Virus record (IMG/VR): IMGVR_UViG_3300016474_000947
Location: 1-25,949 of that record
DNA length: 25,949 bases
From: a virus
Lineage: Duplodnaviria > Caudoviricetes
Direction: 5' to 3' (one strand)
The position numbers and the translations under genes were made by a program. Below, piece by piece: positions 10,954-21,078 of this stretch (positions are counted from its first letter, which is position 1; each line of letters begins with the position of its first letter). The notes below the pieces were generated by a model. The model had not been told where the DNA came from, ran no database searches, and worked only from the letters and a program-made list of their open reading frames with translations.

Positions 10954-12222
10954 ATGGCAATTTTTAAAGACATAGAAGATAATGACATTAAAACAGCAAG
11001 AAGTTTTCTCAATCAACTAATTGATGTTTTGCAGGAAGATATTAGTGGCTCTACATCACGTAGAAAATATCAGGTGTTCGTCACTGGTGGGGTTGGACCT
11101 GGCGTGACAAGCTCCTTGTATCAAACTGTGTACGATCAAGATTTTACCTTGCAAACAGCAAATCCAATTTTTGATATGACTGTTGGAATAAGTGAATATG
11201 GTTCTACTGCGGCTAGCGCGCTTGTTGGATTCGATTCAGTAGGAAAGGAAATATTCCCAAGTTCATCGCTAATGATGAGGGAGAAGTTGGACATATATCG
11301 ACAATTTGCGCAAGCGTTGTTGGGTGGTACGACTTCTGATCATCAATTTAAGGCACCATCATCATCCACTACGGTCTCAGACACGATAGACGTTGCGTTG
11401 TTCATTGCCTTCAAACGTCTTTTTGCACGTGATCAAATAAAGCGTGAAACTTTTGCAATGAAGTTTTATGAGACTGGTTCGGCTGTTAGATCCACAGGAA
11501 ATACTGACGGTCTATTGAGTGACCCACCTCGTGTTGGTCTTTCTGGAATAGATGTTATAGGAAGACCAAATCTATTTGTAACGTCTCTTACGGGATCTAA
11601 AATATACACCGACATTGGTGCAGCATCAGACAAATTGACAGCCATGGGTGGTCAATATGGACATATTGTTGATAGCTCAAACACCAATAGAACAGTGGGT
11701 CTCATGTATTATGATAGAGGTATAGCAGTTCTTGATTTGAAGAAGATCACAAGCGGTTCACAATTCATGTCAGGTGCAATTGATGCAATGCATCCTCTAG
11801 GCACAATTATGTTGGGCGGGACAGGAACTGAAACTGAGAAAAAATCAAAGTTTATCCCAGACTTTGTGGTATCTGCATCAATTGATAATATCGTTGATCA
11901 CATCGCATCATGTAGGTTTAGCTCTGGTTCGCTTTCAGCGATGACGTTCCAAAACGTAACAAACATAAATAGCACTCTCATATTCTGTAGGGCATCCGCA
12001 AACGAATTCAATTATTCATCTAATCCAACTTACACTGACACAGATAATAGGATAGTAGTAATCGATCCAGGACAGGAGGATACACAACAATCATTTACGT
12101 TTGTAACCTCAGTTGGATTGTATAATGCTAATGATGATTTGCTTGCAGTTGCGAAGCTATCGCGTCCTGTTGAGAAATCTTTTGAAAGAGATTTGACCTT
12201 CAGGGTTAGATTGGATTTCTGA
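10954..12222 (+). CDS. Putative baseplate/tail structural protein (tail-collar-like C-terminal motif)
   Basis: ATG 10954 chosen; the extension from 10915 contains in-frame TTA (10927). C-terminus FVTSVGLYNANDDLLAVAKLSRPVEK...FRVRLDF-TGA is shared with the 13338 gene. Confidence 0.65.
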   Translation: MAIFKDIEDNDIKTARSFLNQLIDVLQEDISGSTSRRKYQVFVTGGVGPGVTSSLYQTVYDQDFTLQTANPIFDMTVGISEYGSTAASALVGFDSVGKEIFPSSSLMMREKLDIYRQFAQALLGGTTSDHQFKAPSSSTTVSDTIDVALFIAFKRLFARDQIKRETFAMKFYETGSAVRSTGNTDGLLSDPPRVGLSGIDVIGRPNLFVTSLTGSKIYTDIGAASDKLTAMGGQYGHIVDSSNTNRTVGLMYYDRGIAVLDLKKITSGSQFMSGAIDAMHPLGTIMLGGTGTETEKKSKFIPDFVVSASIDNIVDHIASCRFSSGSLSAMTFQNVTNINSTLIFCRASANEFNYSSNPTYTDTDNRIVVIDPGQEDTQQSFTFVTSVGLYNANDDLLAVAKLSRPVEKSFERDLTFRVRLDF

Positions 12223-12243
12223 AGATTTTACGGTACAATCATT

Positions 12244-12276
12244 AAAAGCGCCTTTTCAAACACGGCGCTTTTTTTT
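12244..12276 (+). terminator. Rho-independent terminator
   Basis: AAAAGCGCC (12244-52) pairs with GGCGCTTTT (12264-72); GC stem followed by a T8 run. Confidence 0.85.
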
Positions 12277-12295
12277 GTGCATAATATATAAAAAT

Positions 12296-13291
12296 ATGAG
12301 AGCTAGAACTTATCAATTGCACGAGACAAGACTGAGACAAATAGTGAATGAAGAAATTCAGCGCAAGCAATTGCTAAGTGAAAATGTTATGGATTTGATA
12401 TCTAAACTTGTTGATCAAGTTCCTGCAATTGCTGATGCAATAAAAAATGTTGATTTGTCAAGCTTCACAATAGGCGATACAACATTTAAGATAGACACTC
12501 AGCTAATTACTGATTTCTATAATCTTGCGGAAAAACCTGTTAAAGGTATCGTAAAAGCAAAAAAGTCCACTGTGTTGAGTAGATTGTTTGATAATGCGTC
12601 AGCTCTTACATTTTGGACCATGATTCTTATGGCATGGTGGATGGGTACATCAATGCTGTTTTATACTTGCATGAAAATAAAAGAATTTTTGGTTGGTAAA
12701 GAAGGCGTTGAATCCGATAGAGAATTGGGTGGTTATAAACCAAAATGGCAACCAGGTATAATACAAAAACTTCTTGGTCCGTTGGTTAGTTTTGGGAAAA
12801 AAATTGATAAAAAATCAGCAGGAGATATTGCGAAAGCTGGCGCTAGAGGCTTTATGATTGGAGGAAAGTCAGGTGCAATTATAGGAATGGGTGAAAAAAT
12901 GATACAAAAATTTGCAGCTGACGGAGATCAAGTAATGCAATCAGAACCGGTTATAGAGCTAATGCAACTTCCTGAAGCCGCAGCAACCCTAAAGGCTGGA
13001 AAAAAACAATTTGATGCATTGCTTAATAAAGCCGAGGAAACAATGCTAGTAAATCAGCAACAATATTCTGGCAAGGGTTCTCCCACAGAAAAAGATCCAA
13101 GAACTCAAGTTCAACCTACCTATAAGGATACAGTTCGAGCTTCCCCCAAGTTTGATGCGGATCGTAGTTCACGAAGAACCAGGGACGGTTCTACAACTCA
13201 ACCAATGCAAACGTATAGACCAGGCGCAAGATCCAAAGAAGAAGAAGCTCCGGTACCAACTAGAAGATCTCGTAAACAAGGACAAGATTGA
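12296..13291 (+). CDS. Hypothetical protein with one hydrophobic/TM segment and Gly-rich helix; possible internal head/ejection protein
   Basis: ATG 12296 lies after the terminator. N-terminal LRQIVNEEI motif, hydrophobic ALTFWTMILMAWWMGTSMLFYTCM, AGARGFMIGGKSGAIIGMG, and a basic disordered tail. Confidence 0.55.
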   Translation: MRARTYQLHETRLRQIVNEEIQRKQLLSENVMDLISKLVDQVPAIADAIKNVDLSSFTIGDTTFKIDTQLITDFYNLAEKPVKGIVKAKKSTVLSRLFDNASALTFWTMILMAWWMGTSMLFYTCMKIKEFLVGKEGVESDRELGGYKPKWQPGIIQKLLGPLVSFGKKIDKKSAGDIAKAGARGFMIGGKSGAIIGMGEKMIQKFAADGDQVMQSEPVIELMQLPEAAATLKAGKKQFDALLNKAEETMLVNQQQYSGKGSPTEKDPRTQVQPTYKDTVRASPKFDADRSSRRTRDGSTTQPMQTYRPGARSKEEEAPVPTRRSRKQGQD

Positions 13292-13320
13292 TTTTATATA
13301 AACCTCGTTTACAAATGTGT

Positions 13321-13328
13321 TATACTTA
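13321..13328 (+). promoter_or_regulatory. Putative late promoter TATACTTA
   Basis: Identical 8-mer in three intergenic gaps just upstream of starts; analogous to the T4 late promoter TATAAATA. Confidence 0.6.
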
Positions 13329-13337
13329 CTGTAAGTT

Positions 13338-15818
13338 ATGTCAATAATCAAGGTTGGACCTGATGATCAAGAGAATTTTACCATCACAATGAACCCGAAG
13401 AGGACCTATGTGTCAAGTTCTTCGGGTGTGACTGGTTCAGTGTATGTTTTTGCTCGACGAAGCAAGATTGAGAAAAACATGGCTCCGTCTTCTGCGTTCA
13501 TTGAAGCAACGCATGATGACGCCGATATTAATGCTGAACTGGCTAGCGTAAAAACCAAATTGTTGTCGAATGGTGGTGTTGGATCAATTGAAGGCGCACT
13601 TGAAAAATATCTAGAAAAAGTAAATCAACAAAATATCTCTGCTAGAAAACTCAAGACCCTGGAGATCATTAGATTTACGCCATCATACACTTTCACAACA
13701 AACACCATGAGAAAGTTGTATGTCAAAGATGTGCTGATGCGTCATTACAGGGTTTCATACCCCACGGCACATTGGGCATACACAAATTATAATAGCATAA
13801 ATTTTTTTACATCATCTACCGTGCCAACGGGTTCAGCACTACTATATCCTAACATTGAAGGTCCTGCTTCACAATTTCATGAAGGTTATGTTTCTGGCAC
13901 ATATTCTCTTAGCGGTGCGTTTTCATTCGATTTCTACATAAATCCCAGATATAAGCAAGATTCTTACGATAAAGAATTTAAAGCAGGAACAATATTTCAT
14001 CTATCATCCAGTTATGCGGTGTCCTTGATAAGCGGATCCGCTAAGGATGAAAATGGAAAAACTATCGGTTATAGATTGCAGTTGCAATTGAGTCATAGTG
14101 CGGGTATTTTGCCTTCTTTGGCAAAACCTGGAAGTTATCCAAATGACCTTGTGTTTCTGTCAAACGACAATTGTTTGACTGGAAATAATTGGCATCATGT
14201 TGTTATTAGGTGGGGAACTAATCTTATCAATGGTGGTACGGGCAGTTTTAACATAGACGGAGAGGATAAAGGTTATTTTGTTGTTCCTTCAGGGACTATA
14301 ACACCCCGTTTGTCAAACGAAGCAGCTCCCGACGTATTGTGTGTTGGCAATTTTTATACTGGTAGAAATACAGGTGTTAACGCACAAGCGTATTTCTTTG
14401 CTAGGGATCCTGCTAAAAGAGATGGTCTTGTTGAATTGATAGATGATGGTTCTACAACAAATGAACCTGCCAATTATTCATTTGATCATCCTTTGAATGC
14501 AGAATTGCACGATTTGGCAATTAAACGTTATTACATGTCAGATCAAGACATTGTGATTTCTTCTTCTACAGGTCCTGCAACGCTTGATGATAATATTGCA
14601 TTCTATTTGCCTCCATTTTTTACTCAAACGTCATCGCTAAGACAAGATGTAAATGGTTATGGAGGTGTTCTTCAAACCCCATTTATAGCCGCTGACGGTA
14701 CAACCACCACACCATACAATGTTTCTATGGCATTTGGTGTTGCTGGTCACTTCATAAACATTGAGAATTATCTAAAAGATTTTGCTTCAAATTCTCACCC
14801 TCGTCTTCATCTAATGACCGGATCGGTGCTTGACACTGGCACGACTCAAGCTTTGTCCGCAAACGAGCATATCTATAACAATCCTTTTAACATAAGGAGA
14901 AATTTGTTGATTATGCCTTGTGATGACGGGCAGTTTAAACCCAACTACTCTTTGCTTGAAGCAGAAGTCAACAGACAAAGCGCTACTGGCGATGATGGGG
15001 TTGAAGATTATTCATTTGTAAATCTTAATAACTTGTTGTCAACTGGATCGTTGTTGTTTGGCACCACTTTTACTGACGTAGAGGGAACTAGCGCCGCATC
15101 TGCTGATCAATTTGTAAAAGACACAATTGGATTTTCACCTGAAGATCCAAGCATTCCTGCTGGGGATGCATATAAAAAATTCATGAATAGCGTCAAGAGA
15201 CAAATAGCAGCAGGAAATTACGCACCTGGAATTTCAACCGATGCACCATTGACAATCTATCAAAGAACCCTTGACCCTTCTTCCGATCAGGTAACTTTCT
15301 TTGACATAAGCAATTTGTATTACGGGAAAAGAATATTGCCAGGTAGCCTAATCATGGTTGATTCTAACGTTAGTGGGTCTGGAGGTACAATGCGTTGGAC
15401 ATTGCGTGATAATGGTTATGGCAACATTTATCGTGCAGACAGTCTTACCAATCACGCAACTTGGAATAGTGTAGGCAATATTTTTTACGATGAAGGGATC
15501 ATCGTGATAAAAAATCCTCACCTATATTTCTTTGGTAAAAATCAATTTGAAATAAGTTTTCGTGGCGAACAAAACATTCATACCCTAAAAATGGAAGTGG
15601 TGGCACCACGAGGTCTAATAAACTCATCATCTAATTCAGGATTTAAGAAATTGCCAGCATCTGGACATATCACTGACACAGACCCCGATTACGTCAACAT
15701 ATCTGGCATCAATTTTCATGATAAAAATTTGAATGTTGTTGCTAAGACACAATTGGCACAACCTATCATGAAACGACATGGTGATAGGATTATGTTTAAG
15801 GTTACTTTGGATTTCTTA
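13338..15818 (+). CDS. Large baseplate/tail protein with LamG/ConA-like domain and tail-collar-like C-terminus (826 aa if TTA is stop; standard code extends to 15944)
   Basis: LamG-like pattern FSFDFYINP...NNWHHVVIRW...FNIDG...LCVGN...LHDLAI. C-terminus KVTLDF matches the paralog's RVRLDF-stop and is followed directly by TTA, whose A begins the next ATG. Confidence 0.7.
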
Positions 15819-16207
15819 TGCCCCGTCGCCGAAAAAAAAGAGGCCATTATCACAGGGGCACTTATGTGTCCCACATTGCGGGTGAGTGTAAGTATCGAAG
15901 TGGGTGGGAAGAAAAGTATATGCGTCACCTTGATTCGAACGTAGACGTGAAAATATGGTCATATGAGAATTTGGTCATACCATACGTCTCTAATGTAAGA
16001 ACCGGCAGGTTGAGGAAATATTATCCTGACTTTTACGTTGAAATGCAAGATGGTCAAAAAATTCTCATTGAGATAAAACCGAGTAAAAAACTAACACAGG
16101 CAATTATAAAAAAGAAAGTTGCCGCAGCACAACAATGGTGTAGTGAACACGGTGTGACTTATAAGATATTGACAGAAATTGAATTGAAAGTTATGGGGAT
16201 TATTTTA
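15818..16207 (+). CDS. Head completion nuclease (T4 gp4-like / TnsA N-terminal PD-(D/E)xK endonuclease)
   Basis: YRSGWE, YYPDF, IEIKP and K..AA..WC....YKILTE.EL motifs. First in-frame TTA at 16205-16207 (standard code ends at 16225). Confidence 0.85.
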
Positions 16208-16238
16208 TCTAACAATTATATGTGATAAAATTGGCTGG

Positions 16239-16799
16239 ATGTCTAAGCTAATATTGGGTCTTGACGTTTCCACATCTTGTACTGGCGTTTGTGTGATTGA
16301 TTCGGAAATTCCACCTGATGATGCTGGAACGCATATCATAAAGCTAGACTACATAGATTTTAAAAAATGCGGCACATTCTTTGAAAAGGCAGATAGGGTG
16401 AAGAATGAGTTGATAAGACACTTTTCTACTATAGGTACCAAACCAATAATATTTGCGTTGGAAGAACCATTGCTTGGTTTTTCTAAGGGAATGTCATCAG
16501 CAGGAACTATCACAACTTTGATGCGTTTTAATGGAATAGTGTCATACATAGGCAGGGAAATATTTGGTATCGATCCAATCTATCAGTCTGCCGCTCACGC
16601 TCGTAAGTTGTGTGGTGTTAAATTGCAAAAAACTGCCATTGCTGGCATGAGTCACAAAGAACAAGTTTTCAAACACATGTCTGAAAACGATCTAAAACAC
16701 ATAACTTGGTCCACGAAGAAAAATGGTCAACCAATTGATGCTTCTCGTGATATGACTGATGCATACGTCATAGCTCGAGCGACATCTTTGAGTTATTTA
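16239..16799 (+). CDS. RuvC-like Holliday junction resolvase
   Basis: ILGLDVSTSCTG, central LEEP, and DMTDAYVIA acidic RNase H-fold motifs. First in-frame TTA at 16797-16799 (standard code ends at 16844). Confidence 0.85.
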
Positions 16800-16836
16800 T
16801 TGTACAAGTTAACTCAAGTATTTAATAATGTTAAAA

Positions 16837-17814
16837 GTGTATAGCCTTACCCAAAAGCTAAGGTTCATTGAATCGGTGTTTGGTAGTGGACGTCTGGCAA
16901 CAAACGGAAAGAATTTTGATGTTAGGTGCCCAATATGTGCACCATCTGATAACAGCAAAAGAAAATTGGCCATTCGTGTTACCGATGACGTGAATCATTG
17001 TTGGACATGCGGTTGGAAATCTCATACTCTTGCGCCTTTGATTAGAAGGTTTGGTACAACGTCGCAGCTCTCAAAATACAGAGAGGAGTTTATGCCTCAA
17101 GGAACAAGAGATGAAAATCTTGAATCTATTGAGGAAAAAAAGTCGCTACATCTACCACAAGATTTTTGCCTTCTCACAAATGCATCCCAATCAGATCCAG
17201 ATGCAAAGGCTGCATGGGCATATCTGAAATCAAGAGGAATAACTCGTAAAGATGCCTGGTATTATAAATTGGGTATATCTAATGAATATCGATGGCGTCG
17301 AAGAATCATTATTCCTTCGTTTGATAGTGAAGGTAATTTGAATTTCTTTGTGGCGAGAAATATTGATTCTGGAGACAAAAGAGCTCGTTATGATGGTCCT
17401 GATGAAGACAAACTACCAATCATTTTCAATGAAATAAACATTGATTGGAAAAGAAAATTGGTGATATGTGAAGGTGCATTTGACGTTATGAAATGTGGTG
17501 AAAATTCTGTACCTTTGTTGGGCTCAGATTTGAATGAACAGTCGAGACTTTTTAATCAGATTCTACTTCACAATACGTCAATTGCCCTTGCTCTTGATGG
17601 TGATATGTGGTATACCAAGACCCCAAGAATAGTAAAAAAAATGCAAGAATATGATGTGAATGTTTCAATTGTTGATGTAAGACAATGGGATGATCCTGGA
17701 AAAATGACAAAGCAACAATTTAAAATTGCGCTTGAAGATGCAATTACTCCTACTTGGGAAGACAATTTTTATAATAAGCTACAACGTGCTTCAGAACTAA
17801 AGATGAGAATGTAA
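16837..17814 (+). CDS. DNA primase (zinc-binding domain + TOPRIM)
   Basis: CPIC...HCWTC zinc finger; ICEGAFD, LDGD and DDPG TOPRIM motifs. Start placed at GTG 16837 because ATG 16828 is followed by TTA; the start is uncertain. Confidence 0.88.
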   Translation: MYSLTQKLRFIESVFGSGRLATNGKNFDVRCPICAPSDNSKRKLAIRVTDDVNHCWTCGWKSHTLAPLIRRFGTTSQLSKYREEFMPQGTRDENLESIEEKKSLHLPQDFCLLTNASQSDPDAKAAWAYLKSRGITRKDAWYYKLGISNEYRWRRRIIIPSFDSEGNLNFFVARNIDSGDKRARYDGPDEDKLPIIFNEINIDWKRKLVICEGAFDVMKCGENSVPLLGSDLNEQSRLFNQILLHNTSIALALDGDMWYTKTPRIVKKMQEYDVNVSIVDVRQWDDPGKMTKQQFKIALEDAITPTWEDNFYNKLQRASELKMRM

Positions 17815-17845
17815 AATATTGGACAATGGGAATAATATCAATAAG

Positions 17846-18496
17846 ATGGTAAAAATTGCTCACATTGCTGATGTTCACTGGCGAGGTCTATCTCGCCATG
17901 ATGAATACAGACAAGTATTTGAATATTTTGTGAAAGATATTAAGAAAAATCAAATAGAACATATTTTCGTGGGTGGTGATATTTTTCACACAAAAACAAC
18001 CGGTCTAAGTCCCGAATACATACAACAACTAACTTGGTGGCTAACCTCAATGTCGGAGGTTGCTGAAGTTCATTTGACTCTCGGCAACCACGATGGTAAT
18101 TTGGTTAATGTGACTCGTCAGGATGCAGTCACACCTGTTGTCGAAGCGCTAGCCAATGATAGAATCCATCTTTATAAAAAGAGTGGAAACTATGAATTCA
18201 CCCCAGGGTATGTTTGGTGCGTTTTTAGTCTATTTGATACAGAAAATTGGGATAAGGTGAAACCCACACCAGGAAAAATTAATATTGCATGTTATCATGG
18301 TCCAGTATGGGGTGCTCGTACCGAAACTGATTGGGTAATTGAAGATGGGATAGGGATTGAATATTTCAATAATTTTGATTTTGCATTTTTGGGCGACATA
18401 CACAAACTTCAATACCTTGGTTATCGGGATGTTGAAATTCTTATTGACGAAGAAGAGTTGGGGAAATATCCTGGTGCTACGATTATTGAGGAGTTA
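17846..18496 (+). CDS. Mre11/SbcD-like metallophosphoesterase, N-terminal fragment (T4 gp47-like)
   Basis: HIADVH, GGDIFH, GNHD, CYHG and LGDIH motifs; lacks the final YPGS motif. In-frame TTA at 18494, TGA at 18503-18505. Confidence 0.85.
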
Positions 18497-18501
18497 CAAA
18501 G

Positions 18502-21078
18502 TTGAAAAAGATTAAAATTAAAACACAAATGCCTTGGATAGCATATCCTGGATCAACTGTTCAACAAAATTATGCAGAAGATCTAAAACATGGTTATCTT
18601 ACGTGGGAAATAAATAACCCTAATGACTTTAGGGTATCATTCAATAATTTGCCAAATCCAAAACCCTTTGTTACTCTAGCATGGGCTGGTGATATTAATG
18701 ACGCACTATCGTTTGCTTCTTCACAACCAACGGGTTCTAGATTTAGAATCAAAAGCAATATCCATATTGGACAACATGACATACATAAGTTGTCGTCTTC
18801 CATAAAAAAAATTGGAGCATCAGAGATAACTTTTAAAATTGATCATCAAATTGATAAAAGTATCGTTTCATCAGGTACCCAAAAAATAGAAAGAAATGAT
18901 CTACGAAATATTGATGTTTTGTTGGGTTTGATAAAGAGTTATCACACTAAATTTAATTTTTCTGATGTAGTGTGGCAAAATGTTACTTCACAGGTAAAAA
19001 ATTACCTGTCTAACGTTATAGGTTCTGAGGACATTATAAGAAACACAAAGTGGACTCTTCGAAGTTTGAATTTTGACAATGTGTTTGCATATGGTGAAGG
19101 TAACGTAATCAATTTTGATAATTTGAATGGTGTGGTTGGAATATTTGGTCCTAATCGAGCAGGAAAATCTTCAATAGTTGGTACCATCATGTACTCCTTG
19201 TTTAATTCATCAGACAGGGGTTCAGTAAAAAATTTGTATGTTTGCAATATTAGAAAGCCATATTGTTACGCAAAAGCAATCATTAATGTAAATGGCACTG
19301 ATTACGTACTAGAAAGACAAACAACTAAACACGAATCAAAGAAGGGCGCAATTAGCGCTCCCACTTCACTTAATGTTTTTAGAATAAATGAAAGTGGTGA
19401 AGCAATTGATCTTGCTGGCGAGCAAAGAAATGACACCGAAAAAGTAATTCGATCGTTGATAGGAAATTCTGATGATTTTTTGCTGACATCGCTTTCTGCA
19501 CAAGGAGAAATAAATCAATTTATTTCACATGGGTCAGCTAAACGTAAGCAAATTCTATCAAGATTTCTCGACCTTGATATTTTTGATAAAATGTATGAGT
19601 TGGCGAATAAAGATGTGAATGCCGTCAAGGCACAACTCAAATCATTTCCAGATAGGGACTGGGATGGTTTGAAACACGAACTAGAAGAAAAAGTTAAAAG
19701 ATTTGATGATGAAATCATTGAAATTAATTCCGCATCTTCAGAATTGGCATACAAACTTGAAGAAGCAAAAATTTCTTTGTCAAGACACACTAATACGTCT
19801 CCTGTGACTGAATCTAACGTCAAAGAACAGTACCAAAAGGTTTTGTTGCTAACAAAGCAACTTGATGAAATTCAAAAGAAAACAAGTTCTATTGTTGAAA
19901 ATATAGAAAAAAATGAATCGAAGATCAAGACGATTGAATCCTTGAAGACTGAAAACGATGTTTCAAACTTGAAAAAAAGATTGCAATCATTGACCGAACT
20001 AGAAAACAGTGTTACAACTTTCACTTACAAATATGAGAAAGAACTTTCAACTCTAAAACAACAGGAAAAATCACTAAAAATTCTAGATGATGTTCCTTGT
20101 GATGATAAATTTCCCAATTGCAAATTTATTAAGGATGCGCATCTAGTGAAAGATAAAATTGCATCACAAAGAACAACAGTAGATTCTATGTTGGAATCTC
20201 TCAATAAGATGTCAACATCTCTTGACACCTTGAAGAGTGAAGGTTTGCGTGATAAATTGGAAAAGATACAAAAATTGCAAGATATGCAAGTAAGGTTGAG
20301 CACTGAAGTTTCCAATGAAAAACTCGAATTGGTGAAACTTGAACATAATAAATCAAAATTGTCTACTGATCTTGATGGTGCAAAAAGTAGACTGAAGAAT
20401 CTTGAAGATGCAATAAAAAATAATGAAAATTCTGAAGTTGTTTCCCTAAGGGAAAAAATAGAAGAATATTCTGTGTCAATTAGAGAACACGATAATAAGA
20501 AAATGAAGGTGGCTAGTGAACGTGGGAAAGCAATGTCAGATGCACAAAAATTGATAGATGAGCAAGAGAAAAGAAATTCTCTTTTTTCTGGAGTTAAATC
20601 AATAGAGTTGATTGCAAATGCCTTTTCTAAAAAAGGAATACCTAATGACATCGTTTCTTCACAATTGCCTATTATCAATGCAGAAATAACAAAAATTCTT
20701 GCAGGCATTGTTGATTTTACAGTTGAACTAGAGGTAGATCAGGAGTCCGATTGGATGGACATTTATATAAATTATGGTGATTCAAAAAGAATTATTGAGC
20801 TAGCAAGTGGAATGGAAAAGATGATCAGCTCTATTGCAATTAGGGTTGCTTTGATCAATATTTCCACGTTGCCTAAAACTGATATGTTTATTATTGATGA
20901 AGGATTTGGTGCGCTGGATGATGCTGGTGTAGAGGCGTGCAATCGTCTATTGACATCTCTAAAGAGATATTTTAAAACAATCTTTGTAATTACACACGTT
21001 GATGGTATCAAAGATTCTGCGGATCACGTAATTGAAATTTCTAAGAATGAAAAAGACGCGAGGGTTTCATATGTTTGA
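18502..21078 (+). CDS. Rad50/SbcC-like ATPase (T4 gp46-like) fused to the C-terminal part of Mre11/SbcD
   Basis: SD GAGGAG at 18488-93 before TTG. N-terminal IAYPGS.VQQNYAE (Mre11 C-part), Walker A GPNRAGKS, coiled coil with two central Cys, signature ASGMEK, Walker B/D-loop FIIDEGFGALD, H-loop ITH. Confidence 0.92.
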   Translation: MKKIKIKTQMPWIAYPGSTVQQNYAEDLKHGYLTWEINNPNDFRVSFNNLPNPKPFVTLAWAGDINDALSFASSQPTGSRFRIKSNIHIGQHDIHKLSSSIKKIGASEITFKIDHQIDKSIVSSGTQKIERNDLRNIDVLLGLIKSYHTKFNFSDVVWQNVTSQVKNYLSNVIGSEDIIRNTKWTLRSLNFDNVFAYGEGNVINFDNLNGVVGIFGPNRAGKSSIVGTIMYSLFNSSDRGSVKNLYVCNIRKPYCYAKAIINVNGTDYVLERQTTKHESKKGAISAPTSLNVFRINESGEAIDLAGEQRNDTEKVIRSLIGNSDDFLLTSLSAQGEINQFISHGSAKRKQILSRFLDLDIFDKMYELANKDVNAVKAQLKSFPDRDWDGLKHELEEKVKRFDDEIIEINSASSELAYKLEEAKISLSRHTNTSPVTESNVKEQYQKVLLLTKQLDEIQKKTSSIVENIEKNESKIKTIESLKTENDVSNLKKRLQSLTELENSVTTFTYKYEKELSTLKQQEKSLKILDDVPCDDKFPNCKFIKDAHLVKDKIASQRTTVDSMLESLNKMSTSLDTLKSEGLRDKLEKIQKLQDMQVRLSTEVSNEKLELVKLEHNKSKLSTDLDGAKSRLKNLEDAIKNNENSEVVSLREKIEEYSVSIREHDNKKMKVASERGKAMSDAQKLIDEQEKRNSLFSGVKSIELIANAFSKKGIPNDIVSSQLPIINAEITKILAGIVDFTVELEVDQESDWMDIYINYGDSKRIIELASGMEKMISSIAIRVALINISTLPKTDMFIIDEGFGALDDAGVEACNRLLTSLKRYFKTIFVITHVDGIKDSADHVIEISKNEKDARVSYV

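Noticed and set aside
15819-15944. Standard-code C-terminal extensions (also 10134-10193, 16208-16225, 16800-16844, 21798-21812)
   Set aside because: All begin at the first in-frame TTA, lie beyond the conserved ends, and mostly overlap the next gene or its leader; treated as artefacts of using table 11.
15818-16207. Tn7 TnsA transposase or other mobile element
   Set aside because: No TnsB/TnsC genes or terminal repeats; size and context fit a T4 gp4-like nuclease.
18420-18545. Split intein at the SbcD break
   Set aside because: No N-terminal Cys/Ser block A and no His-Asn followed by Cys/Ser/Thr; the extra segments are too short.
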